DNA from: Escherichia coli | GTDB taxonomy: Bacteria > Pseudomonadota > Gammaproteobacteria > Enterobacterales > Enterobacteriaceae | NCBI RefSeq assembly: GCF_024502345.1 | Contig: NZ_JALDNN010000001.1 | Direction: 5' to 3' (one strand) | DNA: 64,000 nucleotides | In this document: in pieces, positions 32,341 through 41,091 of the stretch | Numbering within the stretch: the stretch's first letter is position 1 | How the letters are laid out: every line of letters begins with the position of its first letter | The notes under the pieces: model-generated | Databases searched by the model: none | The model's input: only the letters and a program-made list of their open reading frames with translations | Told to the model about the DNA's origin: nothing | Made by a program: the position numbers and the translations under genes

Positions 32341-32713
32341 GGTTCAGCGCCTCAATCAGGTTCCGGAGTTGAGTGATAACGGTCGTGTCCGGGAACACCA
32401 GATAGATACCCTGTCCGTTATCGCAGACGATACCGAGCAGGAGATACCAGCCATCATCAAGTGCGGTGACGTATTCCGGGTTAGCCAGTGCCACTGCCAG
32501 CAGCGGGTCTTCGGGGAGGGTGTCATCGTGGTTGAGATGCCAGAGCAGGGTTCCCGTTTCGTTCCAGAAGGTGGTAAACAGGTCGATATCATCGACAGGG
32601 CCAAGGATTTCATTGCTGAGGGCCGCCAGTGCGGAGGCGGGCAGGTTGAGAAGGGGAAGACTGGTGGGGGTCGTGAGTTTAAACATGATTATCTCCATAA
32701 ATGATTGATTCAT
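32333..32713 (-). CDS. hypothetical acidic protein (116-126 aa)
   Basis: First gene of the minus-strand array; downstream of an AT-rich divergent promoter region (32714-33204). Confidence 0.45.
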   Translation of the reverse strand: MNQSFMEIIMFKLTTPTSLPLLNLPASALAALSNEILGPVDDIDLFTTFWNETGTLLWHLNHDDTLPEDPLLAVALANPEYVTALDDGWYLLLGIVCDNGQGIYLVFPDTTVITQLRNLIEALNHE

Positions 32714-33204
32714 ATTGATAATATGTTTTCAAATGACTTTTAGTTACATTTTATTTACGTTGTTTGCTTTTTCTGGATTATGCCCTTAAATTTAGTTCTA
32801 ACCTGGCATTAAATCCCGTTTTTTTTAGATTTTTAGAGTTTTATAAAGAAATTAGCATGTGCTGTTTTAACTGAAAATGAGAGAAGGCTTGCGCACAATT
32901 GCTATTGATTTTCTTACTTATTTTCTCAATCACAAAACGCCTTAAATAGTTCAAAAAACAATCAACACCCCATAATCGATATTATTTATGGGGAGAAACG
33001 ACGTTTAAGCCTGAAAGTGGGGGAGTGGCACTTTCAGGAGATTAAGGAGGCAAACAGGCCTCTTTAACGCGTGTTTTTCTCACCAAAATGTCAGAGTCGG
33101 TGATTTGCACTTCAGTATTTCTGCCAATACTATTCGCTCCATGTGCTGGCCAGCATCTAACTCAATACCCTTAATCTGTATTAATTGAGCGAGATGTATG
33201 CATT

Positions 33205-34515
33205 ATGAAACCCGATAGTTCTTTAAACCAAATAACGCAGACAATGAAACGGAATGATGTTGATTCTGTGGATAGTCGCTTTTTTGAGTCAGCGCAAAAC
33301 ATGAAAACCAGCGTTGACGTTGAAGATTGCTGCGTTGAAGTGATGGTTCGACATCACAGCCCAAAGAATCAAAGAGAGGCATTCACTAAAGCTTTTTTTG
33401 ATGAGTGTAAAATCCGTGCAGTACAAACTGGCCGGACTATCGAAGCCAGCGATACAAAATGTACCGGGCTTAAGGCTATATTCCACTCATCCGGACGCAT
33501 TAAGTTTATTGTCCGCAAAAGTATTCGCGGAAAGAATGTTTACGTTGCAGTAGGAAGTTACCCTGAATTTTCCATTAATAACGCAAGGGAACATGCCTTT
33601 AAAATAATTCAGGAGCTTAAGGCTTCCGTTGAGACTTATGGTGAGCGTTTTCTTACTCACAGTAAAATGACGTTTAATGAGCTTGTGGATGAGTATGAGA
33701 AAAGCGTACTCAGCACGGGCGTTAAGCGTTCAGCTAACACCGATCTTTCTAAGATCCGTAAATACCTGCGCCCTCTTCTCGGTGCCAAAAAGCTGGCAGG
33801 TATGACGGAGGCAGATATTCTGAGCTATCTGCATAATCTCGATCTCAAGCCTGCCACCCGCAACCGCCATCTGGCGCTCATTAAAGCGGTGTTTACCAGG
33901 GCAATACGCATGGGATACATCAGCCGCTCTCCGGCGCTTTATATCAAAGCGCTGCCTGAAGTGACGTCAGATCGCCGTGCCATGGATGACTCCCAGCTTC
34001 AGCGCTGGATGGACGTCTGTGAGCGCTGGCGTAATGGTAAACCCGATCATGAAGCCCTTGCTCTTCTCATGTTCCTTGCCCTGACGGGGCTGCGTCTGGG
34101 GGAAACCCGTCACCTTCGTCTTGAAGATGTGGACTGGAGCCGCAAGGTTATCACCCTTCGCCATACCAAAAACGGCAAACTACGCCGTGTACCGGTATGT
34201 GATAAGGCTTTCGTTCTTCTGACAGAACAGCGTCAGCATCTGGGTGATGAAGGCTGGGTATTTCCGGGCAAGGGAACCGACAATCCGGTTGCTGAGCCGC
34301 GTCGCCTGCAAAAACGACTTTGTGAGGCTGCGGGTATTCCACCGTTCACCATCCATGAGATGCGTCATACCTTTGCGACAAAGCTCATTGAGAGCGGGGC
34401 CGACATTCACACCGTCAAAGACTTATTGGGTCACAGCACTATCAAAGTAACGGAGCTTTACTTGCACGCTTCCCCGGCGCGTTACCACGAAGTCGTTAAC
34501 CGGGCGATGGGGTAA
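33205..34515 (+). CDS. tyrosine recombinase/integrase (P4-like arm-binding N-terminus)
   Basis: 436-aa ORF; C-terminal catalytic region ...HEMRHTFATKLIESGADIHTVKDLLGHSTIKVTELYLH (HxxR...Y). Confidence 0.75.
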   Translation: MKPDSSLNQITQTMKRNDVDSVDSRFFESAQNMKTSVDVEDCCVEVMVRHHSPKNQREAFTKAFFDECKIRAVQTGRTIEASDTKCTGLKAIFHSSGRIKFIVRKSIRGKNVYVAVGSYPEFSINNAREHAFKIIQELKASVETYGERFLTHSKMTFNELVDEYEKSVLSTGVKRSANTDLSKIRKYLRPLLGAKKLAGMTEADILSYLHNLDLKPATRNRHLALIKAVFTRAIRMGYISRSPALYIKALPEVTSDRRAMDDSQLQRWMDVCERWRNGKPDHEALALLMFLALTGLRLGETRHLRLEDVDWSRKVITLRHTKNGKLRRVPVCDKAFVLLTEQRQHLGDEGWVFPGKGTDNPVAEPRRLQKRLCEAAGIPPFTIHEMRHTFATKLIESGADIHTVKDLLGHSTIKVTELYLHASPARYHEVVNRAMG

Positions 34516-34584
34516 CAACCTTCACTCAACGGTATGGTTTTTAACTATGGTTCTGATGCACCCGTTTTCTGACGGTGGCGTAAT

Positions 34585-36513
34585 TTGATGGTAATACACA
34601 TGAATAAAAAAGTGACAACTAATGTTCCTAAGGTTTCCGGGATTAAGCGTATTCGCGCTTTTGCTGACCGCGATAAAAATTTCAACAAAATGTCGGAAGC
34701 AATTATCAGGCGTGCTGAAAACACTGAGGTCGGTGAAGATGATATCGCTTCACTCGGTATTGGTGATGGGCTGCCACGGCATTATGTGAATACGGCTAAT
34801 GGCCTTTTCTACATCGGTGGACAGAAACCTGTGCAGGTTTGCACCACGCCAGTTGTGCCTGTCGCCCTGTTTTGTGGAAAAGATAAGGAGTCCGGTCTTG
34901 GGATCAGCCTGATGACCGGTAACGGGCTGGGTAAGTATGTTAAGGCCCTGGTACGCTTTGAGGATATTGTTCAGAGCGGTGCTCAGGTAGTAGGCAAACT
35001 GGCAGATCGTGGATTTTGTGTTGGCTCCTCTCCACAGCAGTTTGCCCTTTTTGACCGTTTTCTTCAGCGCTGCCGGAGTTTACCGCTGCCTGTCTATCTG
35101 ATGGCAGATGCGATGGGATTCGTTTCGGAGGATATGGCCTTTTTACATGGTCATGAGCCCGTTGTGACCTCTCTGACCGGGTTTGATTATCTACTGCCGG
35201 GATTCCGCGTGCGTCCCGGACTGCACAAAGGTGGGGCCCTGGAGGAGTGGATTAACCTCATCCGGGAAAATGTCCATGGCTGGGCGCAGACCTTTGCACT
35301 GAGTGCGTCCTTTGCTTCGATGCTTCTGGTTCCTGCCGGTATGGATGTGGGCATGTTTCATTTTCACGGCGTATCCACCACCGGTAAAACGCTTCTCCTG
35401 ATGCTGGCTGCATCGGTCCATGGTGATGGCAGCGAGCCGGGTAGTGGGGGGAATGTAAATATTATTCGCTGGAATACCACGCCTAACGCGATGGAGCGCC
35501 TTCTCGCTGACTATTCCGGTCTGGTCGCCTGCGTCGATGAACTGGGTGCGAGTAATCATAAGCAACTTTCCTCACTGCTTTACAACATTACGTCAGGTAC
35601 GGCAAAAGAGCGCCTGAACCGTGGCCTGACGGCAGATGAGCCGTTTAAATGGCGCATGTTTATTCTCTCCACCGGTGAGATGTCAATCTCCGAAAAGCTG
35701 GCTGAACAGAAAGCCGTGTTACAGGGAGGGCAGGAGCACAGGGCCATCAGTATGGAACTGTTGCCTGAGGATGCTCAAAAACCGGATGAACCGGTATCAG
35801 AAACACGTGCCCGTGCAGATGCACTGAAGACGGGGCTGGCAGAGGCTTATGGTCATGCCGGGCCTGCATTTATCGGCAAACTGTTATCCGGGAAAAATAC
35901 GGCTGGCGGTCTTCGCACCTACGCAGAGTTTTCATCCTGGCTCCAGGAACAGACAGATGATTGCTGTAACGCACTGGAAGAGGCCCTGAGGGATGAGGGG
36001 CGTGATATTACCCGCGTTCAGCGGCGCGGACTGAAAAGATTTGCGCTGGTATGGCTGGCAGGAGAGAAGGCGCTGAAATATGGCCTTTTACCTTTCGAAA
36101 GCGATGCGGTGGCTGAATCCGTTATGTCCGCTGCACGACGCTGGCTGGATGATAACCAGAATCAGTATAACCCGGTGCGTAACATGCTGGAGGAGCTTCA
36201 GCTGACGCTGGTGACAAAAAGCAGCAGGCACTTTATCACCCTGCGTGACGAACATGCCCGATGCCCGGGAGATATGTGGGGATTCGTCCATTACAAAACC
36301 GGCGACTTCCTGATTTATGAATCGGTGTTTGAAAAGCTCTGTTCTGAAAAGGGACTTAAGACCGTTGATGTGGCCAGACCGTTAGAGCGTTCCGGTTATC
36401 TGCTTGGCGAAAGTGCCGGACACTATAAAAAAAGAGCGCTGAAGACGATGGCGCAGTCTTACTACCAGGTCAAAAAAGCGTTTCTGAAATGCAATGTGAT
36501 GACCGAATTTTAA
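34585..36513 (+). CDS. DUF927-like P-loop NTPase, putative replication/primase-helicase protein
   Basis: 642 aa; Walker A GVSTTGKT, Walker B-like VACVDELG; positioned after the integrase as in satellite-like elements. Confidence 0.55.
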   Translation: MMVIHMNKKVTTNVPKVSGIKRIRAFADRDKNFNKMSEAIIRRAENTEVGEDDIASLGIGDGLPRHYVNTANGLFYIGGQKPVQVCTTPVVPVALFCGKDKESGLGISLMTGNGLGKYVKALVRFEDIVQSGAQVVGKLADRGFCVGSSPQQFALFDRFLQRCRSLPLPVYLMADAMGFVSEDMAFLHGHEPVVTSLTGFDYLLPGFRVRPGLHKGGALEEWINLIRENVHGWAQTFALSASFASMLLVPAGMDVGMFHFHGVSTTGKTLLLMLAASVHGDGSEPGSGGNVNIIRWNTTPNAMERLLADYSGLVACVDELGASNHKQLSSLLYNITSGTAKERLNRGLTADEPFKWRMFILSTGEMSISEKLAEQKAVLQGGQEHRAISMELLPEDAQKPDEPVSETRARADALKTGLAEAYGHAGPAFIGKLLSGKNTAGGLRTYAEFSSWLQEQTDDCCNALEEALRDEGRDITRVQRRGLKRFALVWLAGEKALKYGLLPFESDAVAESVMSAARRWLDDNQNQYNPVRNMLEELQLTLVTKSSRHFITLRDEHARCPGDMWGFVHYKTGDFLIYESVFEKLCSEKGLKTVDVARPLERSGYLLGESAGHYKKRALKTMAQSYYQVKKAFLKCNVMTEF

Positions 36514-36562
36514 CCCTGAATAAAACCATTTTGACTGAATAACAACGAATAGAAGGTGATGT

Positions 36563-36919
36563 ATGATTTTTGAATCAGACCAGTACTATGACGGTTTTCC
36601 TCACGCTATCAGCAGCGAAAATGAAGAAAAAACCTCATTCAATGATTACGCTCTGGTTAACACACTGGCGGAGTGCCTGTATCACGACATTTCTCGTGAA
36701 ATCTTCGATGGCAGTGAGCCGGCGCTCCGGGCCGTCATTGCCAACGGTCAGATTAAATTCCTGGCTCGTTATACGCTTAGAGGGGCCTGCTATTATGAAC
36801 CCCTCGGCACATTTCCACGTATGCCCGTTAACGTCGCGCGTGAACGAGCACGTGAACTCTATAACAGATTTGATGATCACCGGGTGCCGGATGAAGAATA
36901 TGGGGCCATCCCGTTCTGA
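36563..36919 (+). CDS. hypothetical protein (118 aa)
   Basis: ORF following the replication gene; no motif. Confidence 0.4.
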   Translation: MIFESDQYYDGFPHAISSENEEKTSFNDYALVNTLAECLYHDISREIFDGSEPALRAVIANGQIKFLARYTLRGACYYEPLGTFPRMPVNVARERARELYNRFDDHRVPDEEYGAIPF

Positions 36920-36930
36920 CTGATGGCTGA

Positions 36931-36965
36931 ACAGTAAAAAAAAGCAGGGGCACTTGCCTCTGCTT
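36931..36965. terminator. bidirectional terminator between convergent genes
   Basis: aaaaaaaa-gcaggggcacttgcctctgc-ttttctgtt hairpin flanked by A- and T-runs. Confidence 0.4.
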
Positions 36966-36973
36966 TTCTGTTA

Positions 36974-38158
36974 TCACAAGGACGGTAGCTGAGCCGTTAT
37001 CCTTTCCGCCAGTAACTGACTGGTGTTCTGTAAGCGCTGAGGATGAAGATGCGCATACCGTTGTGAAGACTGACTGCTGCGGTGCCCCAGTTGAGCCTGA
37101 ACGTCATACAGTGTTCCGCCGTAGGACACGATGAGGGCGGCAACCGAATGGCGGCAGGTATGAATACACACTTCTTTGTCGAAAATTCCCGCCCGACGAA
37201 CGATACGCTGAAAGGCTTTAACGGGGTTATTCAGCGGCATTCCTTGTTTTTTACCGATAAACAACCACGGATTTCCACGCTGTGTTGGCAGTGTTCTGAT
37301 TACGTCCATCGCCAGTGAATTAAGATGAACAATCCGTCCATAGCCATTCTTGGTTTCCGGGAGCCATAGGGTGCGTTTAACCGGGTCAACATGCTCCCAC
37401 TTAGCCAGACGCAGTTCATCACGACGAAGGCCGGTCAGTAACAGCAGTTTGACATAGCGGGCAGCTACGGGGCTGGTATCGTTATCGGCGGAGAGAAAAA
37501 TACGACGAATTTCGTCCTCGGTAAAATAACGCTGTCGGGCGTTGTTCTCCCTGAGTAGCTGTACCACCCTTGCCGGATGAACAGAGGTCATGCTTTGCCT
37601 TCCGGCCCATGTAAAGACGGCTTTAATGAGTACGATGACACGGTTACAGGTAGCCGCTGACAGGGAAGTACTTAACGTCTGCTGAAGGCGCAGAATGCTC
37701 GCTGGTGTGATATCGCTCAGCAGCCTCTGACCAATGGCGGGACGGATATGATCGCGGTAGCGCTGAACATCCTTTCCCCAACTGCGTTTAGCGGATTTTG
37801 CCCATGGCAGATAATGCTGATTAAAGAGTTCATCGAACGTCAGCTCCATTCTCTTGTTTTCACGCTCCTGCTTAGGGTCAGTGCCGGTGGCAAGGGAACG
37901 TTTGTGTTCTATGGCAATCTGACGAGCAAGATTGACGTCCACTTCAGGCCAGTGACCAATGGCGATGGCGCGTTTTCGTCCATGATAAAGGTAGCGTAGC
38001 AAAAACTTTTTACGACCTTCTCTTCTGCTGACCAGACACTTGAGGCCGGAAATCTCAGTGTCGCTGTATTCGGCATCGGTACTGCGTGCATCGGATGTGT
38101 TAGGGGGCAGGGATTTAATGAGCTGATTAGTAAAACGGAAGCGTTTGGGGGTGGACAT
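36974..38158 (-). CDS. tyrosine integrase (P4-type), the one nearest the intact tRNA-Phe
   Basis: 394 aa; DUF4102-like N-terminus (...EISGLKCLVSRREGRKKFLLRYLYHGRKRAIAIGHWPEVDVNLAR...) and C-terminal catalytic region HTCRHSVA...LGHRSSQSSQRYAHL. Confidence 0.8.
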   Translation of the reverse strand: MSTPKRFRFTNQLIKSLPPNTSDARSTDAEYSDTEISGLKCLVSRREGRKKFLLRYLYHGRKRAIAIGHWPEVDVNLARQIAIEHKRSLATGTDPKQERENKRMELTFDELFNQHYLPWAKSAKRSWGKDVQRYRDHIRPAIGQRLLSDITPASILRLQQTLSTSLSAATCNRVIVLIKAVFTWAGRQSMTSVHPARVVQLLRENNARQRYFTEDEIRRIFLSADNDTSPVAARYVKLLLLTGLRRDELRLAKWEHVDPVKRTLWLPETKNGYGRIVHLNSLAMDVIRTLPTQRGNPWLFIGKKQGMPLNNPVKAFQRIVRRAGIFDKEVCIHTCRHSVAALIVSYGGTLYDVQAQLGHRSSQSSQRYAHLHPQRLQNTSQLLAERITAQLPSL

Positions 38159-38503
38159 ATAACCTCCTGTGACTGGTGTAAAGAACGTCAGGGTTGCCCC
38201 ATCCCCGGCACGGCGCTGTTAATGGCTGAGTTGATTTTCTGGTGTGGCTAAGGGAATGCTGGTGCCACATGGGATGAATGAAGACGAGAAATACAGCAAA
38301 AACAGGCGTTACGGTCTGCTTCTGGTCTTAAGGGGAAGATTGCCGTTGGGGAAGAGTTCACAGAAATAATATGTGTTTCAGTCGGGTATAATTACATGTG
38401 ATAAGGGCAAAGAGCGTGCTTTGCTAAAATTTGACATGTTGAAGTCCACTCTTTTTAACGATGTCGTTATGGACGACATGGCGAGTCTTGCTTAGATAAT
38501 TAA

Positions 38504-39091
38504 TCAAAATACTGTGACTTTGGACCCACGTTTACCACATTTCGAGCACTTGAGCCGAGTTTTAAGGTCTTCTAGAGTTACTCCCATTGCAACATACTGC
38601 TTAAGGTCGTTCAAAGTAAGGATTGTGGGGAGACGACAAAAAAATCCAGAGGCGCAACATACCAGCATCTCCGAGCCGTTTTTTAACCAGTCCTCAAGAT
38701 TATCGTGCGATCTCGTTAGTCGTTCGATATCCGCTCTCCACTGCTGGATTTCATTACCGTTCCAGTCGATATTTAGCTCGATTTGTTTGGCAACGAACCG
38801 GTGTTTACCTCTGTTAACTGTGGGTTCATAGTCCTTACGTTGATCTTTGATGAGATCAGCCTCATAGAGGAAATCATCGTTTTTGTTGTCGGTATAATCA
38901 AAAATTACCTTAATTAAATCAATATCAACGTTTTGTTTTTTGATGAATAAACCCTGTGTTCCGCTTCCGTTCAAGTCCCGGCTAAAGTTAATGTTGAGAT
39001 GGCGGCGGAGTGAGAAGAAATAGCTGTGGCCGTGCATAGCCAATGCAAGTCTGGCTATGTCATTGCAGTTGTAGGGTGTGTGTGTATCCAT
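38504..39091 (-). CDS. hypothetical protein (195 aa) with C-terminal CxxC-like tail
   Basis: ORF between integrase and att region; ends ...LKCSKCGKRGSKVTVF. Confidence 0.4.
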   Translation of the reverse strand: MDTHTPYNCNDIARLALAMHGHSYFFSLRRHLNINFSRDLNGSGTQGLFIKKQNVDIDLIKVIFDYTDNKNDDFLYEADLIKDQRKDYEPTVNRGKHRFVAKQIELNIDWNGNEIQQWRADIERLTRSHDNLEDWLKNGSEMLVCCASGFFCRLPTILTLNDLKQYVAMGVTLEDLKTRLKCSKCGKRGSKVTVF

Positions 39092-39805
39092 GATGTTACC
39101 TTTAATTCATATTCGGTCGAGAGCGTCAGGAAACTATCCTAATATACCTTTTTTCTACACCAGTATTTGGATCAATTTTCATCCCTTTGGCCTGCTTCTT
39201 GTTGATTAACTCTCAGCGATGTTTGAAATAGGCCATCAGTGGTCAGAATCATTTTTTACTTCCACTTTTTGCTCAGATTTGACCCTAAGGTCTAAGTTCC
39301 AATACGTTTCGCTCAATTACTATCACCCCTGATAAATTATTCTATGATGACGTGGAGGGCGGGGGATTCAGGCAATGTTAAGAAATGAAAGGTTTAAATG
39401 CGAATATTACAGGTGGAGGAGGTGGTGGATACCCCCGACTGACAAGGGGAGTTGATGGCGCTGAGTTCACCCCCTTGCCTGAAGAGGAGTCTCCCCGGTC
39501 TTCCCCCGGGGGGGATGGCAGGTAATTTGTTGTTAAATAAAGTAAATTATGAAATCCCCCATTTCCCCCGTATTCTCTGCTTCATTATGAATAATCTTAG
39601 AGAAAGGAACCGTAAAGGACCGTAGAAAGACCGTAGCTGTGAGGTGAGGGAAGGCACATCAGAGGATGTTGAGGTGTCTAAAAGTAACGAACATCTGCAA
39701 AAATGGTGAAAAATCCAGCAAGAAAATAACGTGTTGCAACGACCAGAAATCTACCGTAGCTAAGAAAGGAAAAAGCCCCGCTTTTCAGCGAGGCCTTATG
39801 AATAT

Positions 39806-39881
39806 TGGTGCCCGGACTCGGAATCGAACCAAGGACACGGGGATTTTCAATCCCCTGCTCTACCGACTGAGCTATCCGGGC
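39806..39881 (-). tRNA. pheV: tRNA-Phe (GAA anticodon)
   Basis: Revcomp reads gcccggatagctcagtcggtagagcaggggattgaaaatccccgtgtccttggttcgattccgagtccgggcacca, a canonical 76-nt tRNA-Phe with CCA end; next to yqgA-speC. Confidence 0.95.
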
Positions 39882-39986
39882 AACGGGGCGCATTAAACCT
39901 GATTCGCCTCGTCTCGTCAATCAAATTTCTTCAATTTACTGCAGACTGCACAATCTATCATCACTTTGCCGCTATTGCACGCATTG

Positions 39987-40694
39987 TCAGGCAAACCAGG
40001 CGGTCCAGGCGGCGGAAAGCGGCATTGCCAGAAGGAGTGCTGGAAGCATGTTGACCACCGGGAACATTTTAATGCCACAGATGCGTAATCCGGTTGCCAG
40101 CAGCAATAAACCGCCTACGGCGCTGAAGTCTGCCATCATCGACGGTGTGGTCAGCGGTAATATCAGCGCGGCAGCCCACGCCAGCGTTAACTGGATGATC
40201 AGTAATGGGATACTAATTACCGACACCGCAATACCCAGCGAGCAGGCGAAGATCATCGCCGTAAAGAAATCAAGAAATGACTTGGCGATTAAAATACTCG
40301 GATCGCCGGTCATCCCTTCGTTCATCGCCCCGAAGATCCCGGTGCCGCTGGCGCAAAACAGGACAATAATCGCGACATAATTCTGAATAAAAGATTCATG
40401 CGCTGGCTTCTTACGTGAGTGACGAAACAGATTTTGTGCTTTGGCGACTGCTGTATTGACACCTTTCTCCAGCAAACAAATTTCGCCAATTAGAGCGCCA
40501 AGTAGCGTAGCTAAAACCATCGCTGGAAGGTTGGCGCATTTCACAACCAGTAAAATACCAATCCCCAGCGATGCCAGACCAAAAATAGATGTCATGGAGA
40601 CGCGGATACGTTCCGGTAAGCGTTGGCTGAGCAGTGCGCCGAGAACGCCACCCAGTAAGACTGCACTAGCGTTGATAAAAGGGCCGATGACCAC
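39987..40694 (-). CDS. yqgA: DUF554 family inner membrane protein
   Basis: 235-aa multi-TM protein; position between pheV and speC as in E. coli. Confidence 0.8.
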   Translation of the reverse strand: MVIGPFINASAVLLGGVLGALLSQRLPERIRVSMTSIFGLASLGIGILLVVKCANLPAMVLATLLGALIGEICLLEKGVNTAVAKAQNLFRHSRKKPAHESFIQNYVAIIVLFCASGTGIFGAMNEGMTGDPSILIAKSFLDFFTAMIFACSLGIAVSVISIPLLIIQLTLAWAAALILPLTTPSMMADFSAVGGLLLLATGLRICGIKMFPVVNMLPALLLAMPLSAAWTAWFA

Positions 40695-41091
40695 AAGAGT
40701 TCCTGTTAGCTGTATTGTTTGATTTTCTTATTATGAACTTTTTGCCTTGTTGATGGCTTGTCTGGTCGCAAAGTCCTGGCTTGCACGCTTTAGCGAAAGG
40801 TGCCATGATTGCGCGAATTTTCTCCTCTCTGTACGGAGTTTGCCCGATGCACGCCATCTCCTTACATTCTCTCGCTTATCGCCGTTTCGCGCGAAACGTT
40901 TCCCTTTCTATGTTACTGCTCATGCGGTGAAGTTAACGCACGCTCACTGCAGGACAACAGTAAAATCAGAGCGTTTCTGCTTTTACTGATGTCTGGCGGT
41001 CGGAGCTGGTGACCAGTTTGACCCATATCTCATGGGGCAGGGTTTTCCACCTTGTCCGGTATTCTTACTTCCCCGAAACGGGTTTGCGCTT

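Noticed and set aside
38504-39091. Possibility that the 195-aa protein is P4 Psu or a retron reverse transcriptase
   Set aside because: No reverse-transcriptase YxDD motif and too short for one; sequence does not resemble P4 Psu as I recall it. Kept as hypothetical.
39666-39920. Two short ORFs (76 and 80 aa) overlapping the tRNA-Phe gene
   Set aside because: They span the tRNA and its terminator; the tRNA call is unambiguous.
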